The notes under the pieces are model-generated. The model was not told the origin of the DNA, ran no database searches, and worked only from the letters and a program-made list of their open reading frames with translations. The translations under genes were made by a program, and so were the position numbers. Positions 9,019-18,337 of a stretch of 64,000 nt of DNA are shown here, piece by piece; the stretch's first letter is position 1, and each line of letters opens with the position of its first letter. The DNA comes from a bacterium. GTDB lineage: Bacteria > Patescibacteriota > Minisyncoccia > Phycocordibacterales > UBA9973. Location of the stretch: assembly GCA_037130655.1 (NCBI GenBank), contig JBAXSP010000001.1, positions 37,641 through 101,640 of the forward strand. The letters run 5' to 3'.

Positions 9019-9639
9019 CTATACAGGGTGGTTTTGCATTTTTACAAAATCAGTAATGATTTTTTCAAATTCGTCTTTTGCTTGTTCGAGCATACCGGCT
9101 TTGTTTCTAACAGAAACATCAAATTTTCTTCTTTCGTGTAATTCTCTTGTTGCCAAAGCGAGTCTTAATTTGATCTCTTCAGGATTGTCTCGTCCACGTT
9201 TTTTGATACGAGTTTCAAGCTCATCGAGATCAGCAAACACAAAAACACTTTTGATTTGATCAGGATATCTTGCTTTTAAAGCAAGTGCTCCGTTTACATC
9301 ACAAACATGAATCGGAATTTTTCCTTTTCTTACACAACCGCGTAACTCTAAAAAAGTAAGTCCGTAAAAAGTTCCGGACTTTGCTAAATCATTTGTTTCA
9401 ATGAATTCATTAGCAGTAACTCTTTTTTGAAATTCTTCTTTTGTTAAGAAAAAGTAATCAACACCATTTGTTTCAGTTTGACCTGGTTCACGTGTTGTAC
9501 AAGTCACTGTTTTAACAAAAGCAGGATTTCTAGCAATAATAGCTTCAACGATCGTTGTTTTACCAACACCACAAGAAGGGCCGGTGAGGACAATCATTTT
9601 GAATGACGGGTCATCGAAAGGGTTTATTAGATTATTCAT
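9019..9639 (-). CDS. gmk: Guanylate kinase
   Basis: GPSCGVGKTT P-loop, TTREP...GVDYFF, FYG. Confidence 0.92.
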   Translation of the reverse strand: MNNLINPFDDPSFKMIVLTGPSCGVGKTTIVEAIIARNPAFVKTVTCTTREPGQTETNGVDYFFLTKEEFQKRVTANEFIETNDLAKSGTFYGLTFLELRGCVRKGKIPIHVCDVNGALALKARYPDQIKSVFVFADLDELETRIKKRGRDNPEEIKLRLALATRELHERRKFDVSVRNKAGMLEQAKDEFEKIITDFVKMQNHPV

Positions 9640-9725
9640 TACTACTATTTATTTTTTTATTCCAAATATACAATAGTGTAAAAAAGTGTATTTGTCAAAT
9701 TAATCAATTGTGATACGATACCTAT

Positions 9726-10928
9726 ATGAAAATTCTCTCTGTCGAAACAAGTTGTGACGAAACAGCCATTTCAATACTCGAATGTAGTGGTGATTTGAAT
9801 TCGCCCAATTTTTCTATTCTCGGAAACGTTGTCGCCTCACAAGCAGAATTACACGCACAATACGGCGGTGTCTTCCCTGCTATGGCCAAACGCGAACACG
9901 CAAAAAATATTTGGCCGGTGTGTAGCGAAGTTTTGAAGCAATCAAAACTTTTTCATACACAAGAAGTAACCGCTCTTTCCGAAGATAAACAAAATCAACT
10001 CAAAGAAATTCTTGCTCGGGAAGAAAACCTTTACGAAATTTTTATCAATGAAATTTCACTCTTAGAAAAACCTGATATCGATTATATCGGAGTCACAACT
10101 GGTCCAGGACTTGAACCAGCGCTGTGGGTTGGTATTTCTTTTGCCAAAGCACTTGGTGTGCTGTGGGATATTCCAGTATTACCAGTCAATCACATGGAAG
10201 GACACATTCTCTCTGTATTACTTGCACCAGATGCTCGTGAAGTAACTTTTCCTGCACTATCACTCCTCATTTCTGGTGGACACACAGAACTTGTTTTGAT
10301 CAAAAGCTGGGGTGATTATACAAAAATCGGCCACACGCTCGATGACGCAATCGGTGAAGCGTTCGACAAAGTCGCCCGTATTCTCGGGCTCCCATACCCA
10401 GGCGGTCCACACATTTCCCGTCTCGCAAAAATGCACCGAGAACAATTCCCACAATTTGAACCCGTCAAAAAACTTCCTCGTCCAATGATCCACACCAAAG
10501 ATTTTGATTTTTCTTTTTCAGGTATCAAAACAGCCGTACTCTATACAGTAAACGGACAAACACAAAATCCAGGAATGACTCATGATTTTGTATTGGACGA
10601 GCAAACCAAACAAGCAATCGCTCGCGATTTCGAAGATGCGGTTACTGAAGTATTGGTACACAAAACAATGCGAGCTATGCAAGAATACGGATGCGAAACG
10701 TTGATTGTCGGAGGCGGAGTTTCTGCAAACACCTACATCAAAGCAGTACTAACAAAAAAAGTATTGGACTTGAACGAAAACGCAAAAGTATATTTTCCCG
10801 AACAAGAACTCTCAACCGACAATTCTTTGATGATCGGTATTGCGACGTATTTCACTATTCTCAAACAAAAAACCGCCCCAAGCGAACAAGATACTAATCT
10901 TGTCGCTCGTGGCGGGTGGTCACTCTAG
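9726..10928 (+). CDS. tsaD: t6A37 threonylcarbamoyltransferase TsaD
   Basis: ETSCDET, GPGL, NHMEGH, SGGHT, GEAFDK, FSFSG, TDN. Confidence 0.97.
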   Translation: MKILSVETSCDETAISILECSGDLNSPNFSILGNVVASQAELHAQYGGVFPAMAKREHAKNIWPVCSEVLKQSKLFHTQEVTALSEDKQNQLKEILAREENLYEIFINEISLLEKPDIDYIGVTTGPGLEPALWVGISFAKALGVLWDIPVLPVNHMEGHILSVLLAPDAREVTFPALSLLISGGHTELVLIKSWGDYTKIGHTLDDAIGEAFDKVARILGLPYPGGPHISRLAKMHREQFPQFEPVKKLPRPMIHTKDFDFSFSGIKTAVLYTVNGQTQNPGMTHDFVLDEQTKQAIARDFEDAVTEVLVHKTMRAMQEYGCETLIVGGGVSANTYIKAVLTKKVLDLNENAKVYFPEQELSTDNSLMIGIATYFTILKQKTAPSEQDTNLVARGGWSL

Positions 10929-11593
10929 CAATCTCCATGACCTGGTGCTATAAGAGTACCTGATCCAGTAGAATACTTTTTAGGTACTTTAGCGAGTAAA
11001 AACGGAGCGAGTCGAACTTCAAGAGATTCCTGAAATCCTTCCTTGCTATACACATTATTTTCTATGTGAATATTAGCAAGTTTAATTGTTTCAGCTAAGT
11101 TCAATAGCCAAGGTTCTGGTGCACATTCTTTGTAATCAAGATCAATAAACTGCTCAAGTGTTTTGATATTGTCAGTAAGAGTTCCTCTTTTCTTTGCCCA
11201 TTCAAAACGATGTTCTGCCTGTGCTGTTACTGAAATCAATAAACCATTTTGATTACTGATATATCTTGCTTCATCAACACGGCGAACAGAATCAATAATC
11301 AAAATTTCCCTTTTTTCAACATATGCTCTTGAGTGAAAATTTTTACAATAGACATCACCACCAAAACGTTCGGTGTATTCATTTGAAAATTTACTCAAAG
11401 CAGGTCTGTCGAGCAAATCTATTTGTCTTTGCTCTTTCTCAGCGACATGTTTTGCAATCGCGAGAATCTCTTCTCTTGTATTGATGTATTGAATACTGTA
11501 ATTAGAAAAACGACGTTGAATATATTTACTTAATGCACTTTTTCCTGCACAATTTTCACCGGTAATACCGATAATAAAAACAGTTGTTTCCAT
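10925..11593 (-). CDS. P-loop kinase, dephospho-CoA kinase-like
   Basis: IIGITGENCAGKS and IIDSVRR..EA; start set at METTV. Confidence 0.75.
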   Translation of the reverse strand: METTVFIIGITGENCAGKSALSKYIQRRFSNYSIQYINTREEILAIAKHVAEKEQRQIDLLDRPALSKFSNEYTERFGGDVYCKNFHSRAYVEKREILIIDSVRRVDEARYISNQNGLLISVTAQAEHRFEWAKKRGTLTDNIKTLEQFIDLDYKECAPEPWLLNLAETIKLANIHIENNVYSKEGFQESLEVRLAPFLLAKVPKKYSTGSGTLIAPGHGDC

Positions 11594-11654
11594 GTATATA
11601 TACATTTTTAATCCGAAAAAACTATACCACAAATAAACAAAAAGAAAAACCGTC

Positions 11655-12269
11655 CTAAGACGGTTTTGATAACACAGTAGACATTCCAAGAATATCAACT
11701 GCTAAATAATTTTTAACAGAAACATTCCCCTTACTATCAGGTAAATCGAACGCCTGACAAAAATGGTGTAAATCATCATTTTTGTCATAAGCATCATTCC
11801 ATGCCCTTCTGATTAAATGATTTTCGTTCGCCAACTCTTTGAGCTTAAACAAAAAAGCAGTTAAGCCTGGAGTCACCGTTGGACGGAGATTTTCATACAA
11901 AAACACTTCTTTCCACGAAACAAAAAATTCTCTTCTTCCGTTTTCAAAAGGAATAAAGGCGTTTTTTAGTCGAGAAATCAAAAAATAATGAGTCATTTTT
12001 TGATTCTCATCATCATCTCGTTTTTTAACAATCTCATAAAAAACTGTTTTGTTACCAAGTGTTAACTTTGAAGCAGAAGGAACCTCTTCATCAAACTCTC
12101 TCTCGAATGTTTTAATCATTGAACCAGCATCCACCTTGGCCTCTTTTCCTCCAGGAAAGCCGATTGTTCCATCATTGTTTCTAACAAGTAGAATTTTTAA
12201 TTCTCCTTCCTTTAAAACGTACACAATACCTGAAACGGTATATGTGTTGATAAAATCTTTTACTACCAT
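11655..12269 (-). CDS. NUDIX hydrolase
   Basis: FPGGKEA......TFEREFDEEV Nudix box. Confidence 0.8.
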   Translation of the reverse strand: MVVKDFINTYTVSGIVYVLKEGELKILLVRNNDGTIGFPGGKEAKVDAGSMIKTFEREFDEEVPSASKLTLGNKTVFYEIVKKRDDDENQKMTHYFLISRLKNAFIPFENGRREFFVSWKEVFLYENLRPTVTPGLTAFLFKLKELANENHLIRRAWNDAYDKNDDLHHFCQAFDLPDSKGNVSVKNYLAVDILGMSTVLSKPS

Positions 12270-12387
12270 AATACTATATTTTGTTTTTTAAAATGCCGTT
12301 TTTATCATACTGTATTTTATATGTTATGTCAAATACTACATCCAGCACTGTCAAATATCTTTAAAAATGTTATATTCTATAGATATT

Positions 12388-14637
12388 ATGAAGCCAGAAT
12401 ATCAAGAACCAAATATTGACCCGAAACTATTAGCACCATACAACCCGACTGAAACAGAACGTCGGATTTACAAGATGTGGGAAGACTCTGGATTGTTCAA
12501 TCCGGATATTTGTGTTGAAAAGGGTTACACTGCCCCGGATGCAAAACCATACAGTATCATTATGCCTCCACCGAATGCGACAGGTACACTACATATGGGA
12601 CACGCACTTGGCTTAACAGTTCAAGATATTTTTACTCGTTACAAAAGAATGAATGGTTTTCGTACACTACTTCTTCCGGGAACAGACCATGCATCTATAG
12701 CAACACAATCAAAAGTTGAAAAAGAAATTCAAAAAAATGAAAAGAAAAGTCGTCACGATTTGGGACGAGAAGAAATGCTTCGTCGTATCGATGAATTTGT
12801 AGCAGGTAGTCGCAAAACTATTACCGAGCAAACCAAAATTATTGGAACTTCTTGTGATTGGAGTCGTGAAGCTTTTACGCTCGACAAAGAACGAAATATT
12901 GCGGTCAATACATTGTTCAAAAAAATGTATGATGATGGACTTATTTATCGCGGACACCGCATCGTCAACTGGGATCCAAAAGGACAAACAACTATTGCTG
13001 ATGACGAAATTGTTTACGAGGAACGCAAAGCAAAACTTTATACATTCAAATACAGCAAAGACTTCCCTATTGCTATTTCAACAACTCGACCAGAAACAAA
13101 AATTGGTGACACTGCCGTTGCTGTTAATCCAGACGACACTCGTTACAAAGACCTTGTTGGCAAAGAATATGATTTGGAGTTTTGTGGTGTACAAATACAC
13201 ATCAAAATAATCGCTGACAAAGAAGTTGATATGGAGTTTGGTACTGGAGCACTCGGAGTGACACCTGCTCACTCAATCATTGACTGGGAAATTGCTGACA
13301 GACACAATCTTCCTCGCCCACAAGTAATCAACGAGTACGCAAAAATGATGCTCGGTGACGAACGATTACTTGGTAAAAAAACAACTGAAGCACGCGAAAT
13401 TATTGTGGAATGGCTTCGCTCTGAAAGTCTATTAGAAAAAGAAGAAGACATCACTCAAAATATCAGTACCGCTGAACGAACAGGTGGTATTGTTGAACCA
13501 CTACCGAAACTGCAATGGTTCGTCGCGGTAAACAAAAAAATTCCAGGCAAAGGTAAGACATTAAAAGATATTATGCGTGAAGCAGTAGCTGATAAAAAAA
13601 TTACTATCCTACCTGAACACTTCGAAAAGACTTATTTCCACTGGATAGAAAACTTACGCGACTGGTGTATTTCTCGACAAATTTGGTACGGACATCGAAT
13701 TCCTGTGTGGTACCGTTCGACTGACGCTCACGGCAGACAAAACGGTAAGTCGAGTGAAATCGAGACTTATTGTGGAACAACTGCTCCCGAAGGTGAAGGA
13801 TGGGAACAAGATGCTGACACACTCGACACATGGTTCTCTTCTGGAACATGGACATTCTCAACACTTGGATGGCCAAATCAAACCAAAGACTTAGAAACAT
13901 ACCATCCGACAAGTTTAATGATTCACGCGTATGAAATCTTGTTCTTTTGGAGCGCGAGAATGATTCTTATGACAGGTTATGTACTAGATACGGTTCCATT
14001 CCATACACTCTATTTGACCGGTGTTATCCGTGACAACCAAGGAAGAAAGTTTTCAAAATCACTTGGTAACGGCATTGATCCAATAGAAATTGCAGAAAAG
14101 TTTGGTAGTGATGCAGGACGCATGGCGCTTATTATTGGTGCGGCAGCGGGCACCGATAGTAAAATCGATGAAAACAAAATCAAAGGCTACAAAAACTTCG
14201 CCAACAAACTTTGGAACATCACTCGCTTTATTTTGTCATACCAAGAAGGTAATGACGCACAGGCAGACTTCTCACAATCAGTTTATGAAAAAGAACAATA
14301 CGAAGCGTGGCAAGCAACACTTGCTGATGTGACAACTGATATCGAAAACTTCCGCCTCCACCTTGCATCAGAAAAACTCTATCATTACAGCTGGCACACC
14401 TTTGCCGATATTCTTCTTGAAGATGCAAAAGCAGTATTTTTGAGTGACGATCAACATGCAAAAAATATTCGTTTCCAGTTCCTGATAACTCTATGGAAAG
14501 AAGTTATCACCGCATTGCACCCGTTTATTCCATTTGTTACTGAAGAGATTTGGAGCTTGTTACCAAAAGACGAACAAGAAAAAGATGCTATACTTATGGT
14601 ATCAGTATGGCCATCACAGCGTATCAACAAACAATAA
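12388..14637 (+). CDS. valS: Valine--tRNA ligase
   Basis: PPPNATGTLHMGH, GTDHA, DWCISRQ, DTWFSS, KFSKS. Confidence 0.97.
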   Translation: MKPEYQEPNIDPKLLAPYNPTETERRIYKMWEDSGLFNPDICVEKGYTAPDAKPYSIIMPPPNATGTLHMGHALGLTVQDIFTRYKRMNGFRTLLLPGTDHASIATQSKVEKEIQKNEKKSRHDLGREEMLRRIDEFVAGSRKTITEQTKIIGTSCDWSREAFTLDKERNIAVNTLFKKMYDDGLIYRGHRIVNWDPKGQTTIADDEIVYEERKAKLYTFKYSKDFPIAISTTRPETKIGDTAVAVNPDDTRYKDLVGKEYDLEFCGVQIHIKIIADKEVDMEFGTGALGVTPAHSIIDWEIADRHNLPRPQVINEYAKMMLGDERLLGKKTTEAREIIVEWLRSESLLEKEEDITQNISTAERTGGIVEPLPKLQWFVAVNKKIPGKGKTLKDIMREAVADKKITILPEHFEKTYFHWIENLRDWCISRQIWYGHRIPVWYRSTDAHGRQNGKSSEIETYCGTTAPEGEGWEQDADTLDTWFSSGTWTFSTLGWPNQTKDLETYHPTSLMIHAYEILFFWSARMILMTGYVLDTVPFHTLYLTGVIRDNQGRKFSKSLGNGIDPIEIAEKFGSDAGRMALIIGAAAGTDSKIDENKIKGYKNFANKLWNITRFILSYQEGNDAQADFSQSVYEKEQYEAWQATLADVTTDIENFRLHLASEKLYHYSWHTFADILLEDAKAVFLSDDQHAKNIRFQFLITLWKEVITALHPFIPFVTEEIWSLLPKDEQEKDAILMVSVWPSQRINKQ

Positions 14638-15299
14638 TCATTGCTGTATTATCTGGTGTTATTCCAACACTACTGTGGTTACGTTTTTGGCTTAATGAAG
14701 ACAGAGAAAGAAGTGAACCCCGTGTTCTTATCTTTCTCTGTTTTTTAGTTGGAGGACTTGGTGTATTACTTGCTACCCCACTTGAAAAATTTGTCGCAAC
14801 AATCATCACTGACCGAACAACTTCTATTGCTATTTGGGCAGGAATCGAAGAAGTCATCAAATATTTTTCTGTTGCAATTATCGCTTTTGGTACCAGCGCA
14901 CTTGATGAACCGATTGATTATCCGATGTATCTGATTGCTGGAGCACTTGGTTTTGCTGCAGTTGAAAATACGTTTTTCTTAATCAAACCTATTCTCGCAG
15001 GACAAGCAACAATTTCTTTCATTACTAGCAACTTACGTTTTCTTGGCTCAACATTATTGCACGCAGTTGCAAGTGCGTTGATTGGTATATTCCTCGGTCT
15101 AGCGTTCTACGAAACAAAAGCGGTACGCAAAATTTATTTTTTATTTGGAATGATTGGAGCTATTGCATTGCATACTGTGTTTAATTTTTTTATAATAGAT
15201 AACGAGAACAAAAACATGTGGAACGTATTTGGTTTTCTTTGGGTGATTGGAATTATTGTTGTTCTCTTGCTTGAAAAACTAAAGCGTATGCGTGAATAA
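14607..15299 (+). CDS. PrsW family intramembrane metalloprotease
   Basis: EEVIK, GFAAVEN, LLHA and LHTVFN motifs; multiple TM helices. Confidence 0.9.
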   Translation: MAITAYQQTIIIAVLSGVIPTLLWLRFWLNEDRERSEPRVLIFLCFLVGGLGVLLATPLEKFVATIITDRTTSIAIWAGIEEVIKYFSVAIIAFGTSALDEPIDYPMYLIAGALGFAAVENTFFLIKPILAGQATISFITSNLRFLGSTLLHAVASALIGIFLGLAFYETKAVRKIYFLFGMIGAIALHTVFNFFIIDNENKNMWNVFGFLWVIGIIVVLLLEKLKRMRE

Positions 15300-15322
15300 T
15301 ATTTATTAAATAATTTTTATAT

Positions 15323-15850
15323 ATGTTAAAAAAAAGATCTTTCTTCGAACGACTCACTGGTGGTATCAGACTTGAAGACGAAGTCCAACCAAAACCAAAC
15401 ACACAACCAACAAAAAGTCCTGCAATGGAAATGCCGGCAATGAAAAAGTCTGTGACAATTACACCGAAAGAAGCTGAGAATTTCTCAAAACCGATTGAAA
15501 TCAAAGAACCAGAAGTAGAAGAAGGTCAACTCACTGTTGATGTATATCAAACAACCACCGAAATCATCGTACAAACAATGGTGGCGGGTGTACGACCAGA
15601 AGATCTACAAATCAACATTACCCGTGACCAAGTCACTATTCGTGGTAAACGTGAAGAAAACAAAACAATCACCGATGAACAATTTTTCATCAAAGAACTT
15701 TATTGGGGTGCATTCTCTCGAACAGTTCTACTGCCACAAGAAGTAGAACCCGATATGGCAGAAGCCATCGAAAAACACGGACTCCTTATCATTAAGATTC
15801 CAAAGATTGATAAGAGTAAACAAACTACGTTGAAAGTAAAATCGATCTAA
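15323..15850 (+). CDS. Hsp20/alpha-crystallin small heat shock protein
   Basis: VDVYQT, AGVRPEDL, FSRTVLLP, GLLIIKIPK. Confidence 0.92.
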   Translation: MLKKRSFFERLTGGIRLEDEVQPKPNTQPTKSPAMEMPAMKKSVTITPKEAENFSKPIEIKEPEVEEGQLTVDVYQTTTEIIVQTMVAGVRPEDLQINITRDQVTIRGKREENKTITDEQFFIKELYWGAFSRTVLLPQEVEPDMAEAIEKHGLLIIKIPKIDKSKQTTLKVKSI

Positions 15851-15942
15851 AATAAAAAAACCACCAACTGGTGGTTTTTTTATTTTGACTTACACATCAT
15901 TGTCTGTTATATTTCGTAAGGCGTTATTTAAAAAAATACATA

Positions 15943-16347
15943 ATGAAAACCTCCACACTCCACATATTGCTGGCAGTATTCTCGTTTTTTATTACCTTGT
16001 CTTTTTCACAAGTTAAAAAACAAGTTTCGTTCACACCTGAAAAATTCGAAGCAATACTCTTCGATAGTTCGGATGAGCACTTTAGTGCTGAAATAGTCCT
16101 TGATCCATTGAGAGACAGATATATCATACTGATCGAAGGTGTTGGCACAAAAACAAAAGAAGCCAAAGCCACATTCGAACATTTCCTTGAAACAGGAATA
16201 AAAGATATGATCGTCACAATCAACTCAAAAGAAAAAATTAGTGTCTGGAAAGTTATCCGCGAAACTAAAAAACCGCAAACATCTTCTGGACGTATTACTC
16301 CTGAAATGATGCAATTGTTATTCAGTGGCCCTTGGAGCCACAACTAA
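15943..16347 (+). CDS. Hypothetical exported protein
   Basis: Signal-peptide-like N-terminus; TTGACT-N17-TATATT promoter upstream and terminator downstream. Confidence 0.65.
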   Translation: MKTSTLHILLAVFSFFITLSFSQVKKQVSFTPEKFEAILFDSSDEHFSAEIVLDPLRDRYIILIEGVGTKTKEAKATFEHFLETGIKDMIVTINSKEKISVWKVIRETKKPQTSSGRITPEMMQLLFSGPWSHN

Positions 16348-16564
16348 TCCCCTAACTCAATCGGGGATTTTTTTTATTTCACCTAGTATACCAGAAGAGC
16401 CATTCTGATGAATGAGCAGTGTGTGTGTCGGATAAACCTATATTGAAAAAATGGAACAAATAAGCTATAATCAAAAAAGTGCATATATTGCTTGGATAGT
16501 TATTTTGGTAGGTATACGCAACGGAAAAAATCTGATATTATTGAAACCATTGAAATACACATAT

Positions 16565-16640
16565 GCTTGGATAGCTCAGTTGGTAGAGCGCTCCCCTGAA
16601 GAGGGATAGGTCCCCAGTTCGAGCCTGGGTCCAAGCACCA
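16565..16640 (+). tRNA. tRNA-Phe(GAA)
   Basis: GCTTGGA/TCCAAGC acceptor, TCCC-CTGAAGA-GGGA anticodon arm, CCCAG-TTCGAGC-CTGGG T-arm, CCA. Confidence 0.95.
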
Positions 16641-16840
16641 TATAAAAACCACGGAATTCCCGTGGTTTTTATATGGTGCTTGGAAAGTAAATGAACTGCT
16701 TCATTTACGACAGACTCGAAAGACGGAGACATGGTTTTCGTTAGAAAACAGTCGAGTCGGGGTCGAGAGTACTTAGCAGAATTCGAACAAAGTGAAGAAT
16801 TCTAGTTAGTAACTCGTGACCGAGCCTGGGTTCCAAGCAC
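16641..16840 (+). other. tRNA-associated structured element, copy 2 (most complete)
   Basis: Hairpin; antisense tRNA 3' end TGGTGCTTGGA; inserted hairpin; antisense T-arm CAGACTCGAA; conserved core; direct copy CGAGCCTGGG(T)TCCAAGCAC. Confidence 0.85.
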
Positions 16841-16878
16841 AAATAATAAAACCTCCGATATCGGAGGTTTTATTATTT
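16841..16878. terminator. Bidirectional terminator hairpin
   Basis: AAATAATAAAACCTCCGA-TA-TCGGAGGTTTTATTATTT. Confidence 0.75.
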
Positions 16879-17194
16879 ATTTATACAAATCGATCAGTGA
16901 TTTCAAATGATTGACATCAGGAATACCCCCAGTACCCACACCTGTTCCACCGGTATACAAATTGAGTAAACTACCCAAATATGGCTGTAAGAAGTAGAAA
17001 GAGCCGAATCCGAGACCGATAATTACAATCCAGTAAAAAATTCTAGTAATTTGTGCGATTTGTTGTCCTCGTCGTACTTTACGAACAATGACCGTATTTT
17101 CTTTTATCAATCCGATTAATTCGTCAATTTTTTGAGACAAATCATTATTTGAATTATTTTGACCATTTAGTTGATTTTGTAAATTTGGTTCCAT
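16877..17194 (-). CDS. Hypothetical single-TM protein
   Basis: 105-aa ORF: coiled region, then YWIVIIG TM helix and QPYL. Confidence 0.75.
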   Translation of the reverse strand: MEPNLQNQLNGQNNSNNDLSQKIDELIGLIKENTVIVRKVRRGQQIAQITRIFYWIVIIGLGFGSFYFLQPYLGSLLNLYTGGTGVGTGGIPDVNHLKSLIDLYK

Positions 17195-17229
17195 GGATAT
17201 ATTTTAACATATTTTAAATAATTTCTTTG

Positions 17230-17301
17230 TGTCTTCACTTGGAATCGAACCAAGATTTACTCCTTAGGACGGAGTTGTTCTATCCATTGAACTACGAAGA
17301 C
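17230..17301 (-). tRNA. tRNA-Arg(CCT)
   Basis: GTCTTCG/TGAAGAC acceptor, ACTCC-GTCCTAA-GGAGT anticodon arm, CTTGG-TTCGATT-CCAAG T-arm. Confidence 0.92.
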
Positions 17302-17351
17302 ATTGTTTCTTATTATACACAAAAGACCCTTTCGGGTCTTTTGTTGTTTTA

Positions 17352-17597
17352 TTATTTTATATCCAATGCCTCTTTCATCAAATCTTCTCTAAATCCGATC
17401 ATGATACCGTATCCTTCTACTTCGATAACTGGCACACCCATTTGACCAGTTTTTTCTACCATTTCTTTTCTTTTCTCAATATCAGCAGCAACGTCGATAT
17501 CAGTAAAAGGAATGTGGTGTTCAGTCAAAAAATCCTTTGCGAGGTGGCAAAAATGACAGCTTGGAGTACTGTAGATTGTTATGTTCTTTGTGTTCAT
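17352..17597 (-). CDS. Glutaredoxin/NrdH-like redoxin
   Basis: IYSTPSCHFC, GQMGVPVI, IGF. Confidence 0.9.
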   Translation of the reverse strand: MNTKNITIYSTPSCHFCHLAKDFLTEHHIPFTDIDVAADIEKRKEMVEKTGQMGVPVIEVEGYGIMIGFREDLMKEALDIK

Positions 17598-17678
17598 AAT
17601 ATTTATTAGTTAATGCCTATATAATCATATTATACACCTGATTATTTAAAAATAAAAATAGTTAATTCTTCTTACTAT

Positions 17679-17706
17679 TTAGTCATTAGTAATTGGTCAT
17701 TAGTCA
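17679..17706 (-). repeat. Heptamer array TGACYAA-like x4 after stop codon
   Basis: Minus strand: TGACTAA TGACCAA TTACTAA TGACTAA. Confidence 0.88.
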
Positions 17707-17713
17707 TTATTTT

Positions 17714-18100
17714 CTATTTTTTCTTTCCAAAAACCTTTTTGAGAAAACCGACAAACGCATTATCTTTTTCAGTCACCGGTGTAGGCAATGGTTCATCAAC
17801 AATCATAATCACTTTCTCACCCTCTTTTGCTACTGGATAATGCTCACGGATCACTGTCTCAACACCTCTATCTGTATTCAAATCTCCTAATGTTTTTCGG
17901 AGTTCAATTTCGTGTTTTTGCAAATCGGCATATTCAGCCTCAGATGCACGTTTATTGGAAATAGCCAGTGACATCTTACCCAACACATCAATCACTGAGA
18001 GTAATAAAAGAATTGTAATAACGATACAAAAAACAAGCACTGGTGTCTTCAAAAAAAAGGATTGTACTGGCTTTTTGTGTTGTTGCATTCTTTCATCCAT
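17714..18100 (-). CDS. Septum formation initiator (FtsB/DivIC-like)
   Basis: TM helix, coiled coil, E..IRE....KEGEKVI. Confidence 0.75.
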   Translation of the reverse strand: MDERMQQHKKPVQSFFLKTPVLVFCIVITILLLLSVIDVLGKMSLAISNKRASEAEYADLQKHEIELRKTLGDLNTDRGVETVIREHYPVAKEGEKVIMIVDEPLPTPVTEKDNAFVGFLKKVFGKKK

Positions 18101-18120
18101 AGATGTATATTATATCGTAT

Positions 18121-18231
18121 ATGTTTTGGAATCCTAAGCACAAAAAGAGAATTGCACTGATTTGGAAGATTATCTGCCTTTTGGTGGTAATCAGTATGAT
18201 TATGTTGTACATTCCGTCATTACTTAGATAG
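18121..18231 (+). CDS. Small single-TM protein (36 aa), absent from ORF track
   Basis: MFWNPKHKKRIALIWKIICLLVVISMIMLYIPSLLR*, translated by hand. Confidence 0.65.
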   Translation: MFWNPKHKKRIALIWKIICLLVVISMIMLYIPSLLR

Positions 18232-18233
18232 TC

Positions 18234-18331
18234 AGTATTTTAGATTATAGAGTATAGACAATTCAAGATACAGGACGACCTTCGGTCGTCCTGTATTTTT
18301 TATATTCTGAAATACTATACTCTTATATACT
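18234..18331. repeat. Inverted AGTAT/ATACT 7-8 nt arrays flanking a hairpin
   Basis: AGTATTTT AGATTAT AGAGTAT AGA (18234-18258); hairpin 18265-18299; TATATTCT GAAATAC TATACTCT TATATACT (18301-18331). Confidence 0.85.
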
Positions 18332-18337
18332 TTTTCC

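Noticed and set aside
12388-14637. valS as a truncated pseudogene (no C-terminal coiled coil)
   Set aside because: All catalytic motifs are intact and the frame ends cleanly after the anticodon-binding domain; short ValRS forms are known.
16490-16499. GCTTGGATAG duplicate of the tRNA-Phe 5' end, 75 nt upstream
   Set aside because: Only 10 nt and no cloverleaf follows; may be chance.
16821-16840. attR of a classical integrated island in tRNA-Phe
   Set aside because: Only about 180 nt separate the direct repeats and there is no integrase; it is treated as part of the structured element.
8931-17340. Structured element behind tRNA-Val and tRNA-Arg
   Set aside because: Looked for the GAGYCGGGGTC...TCGTGAC core after both and did not find it, so the element is not universal to tRNAs.
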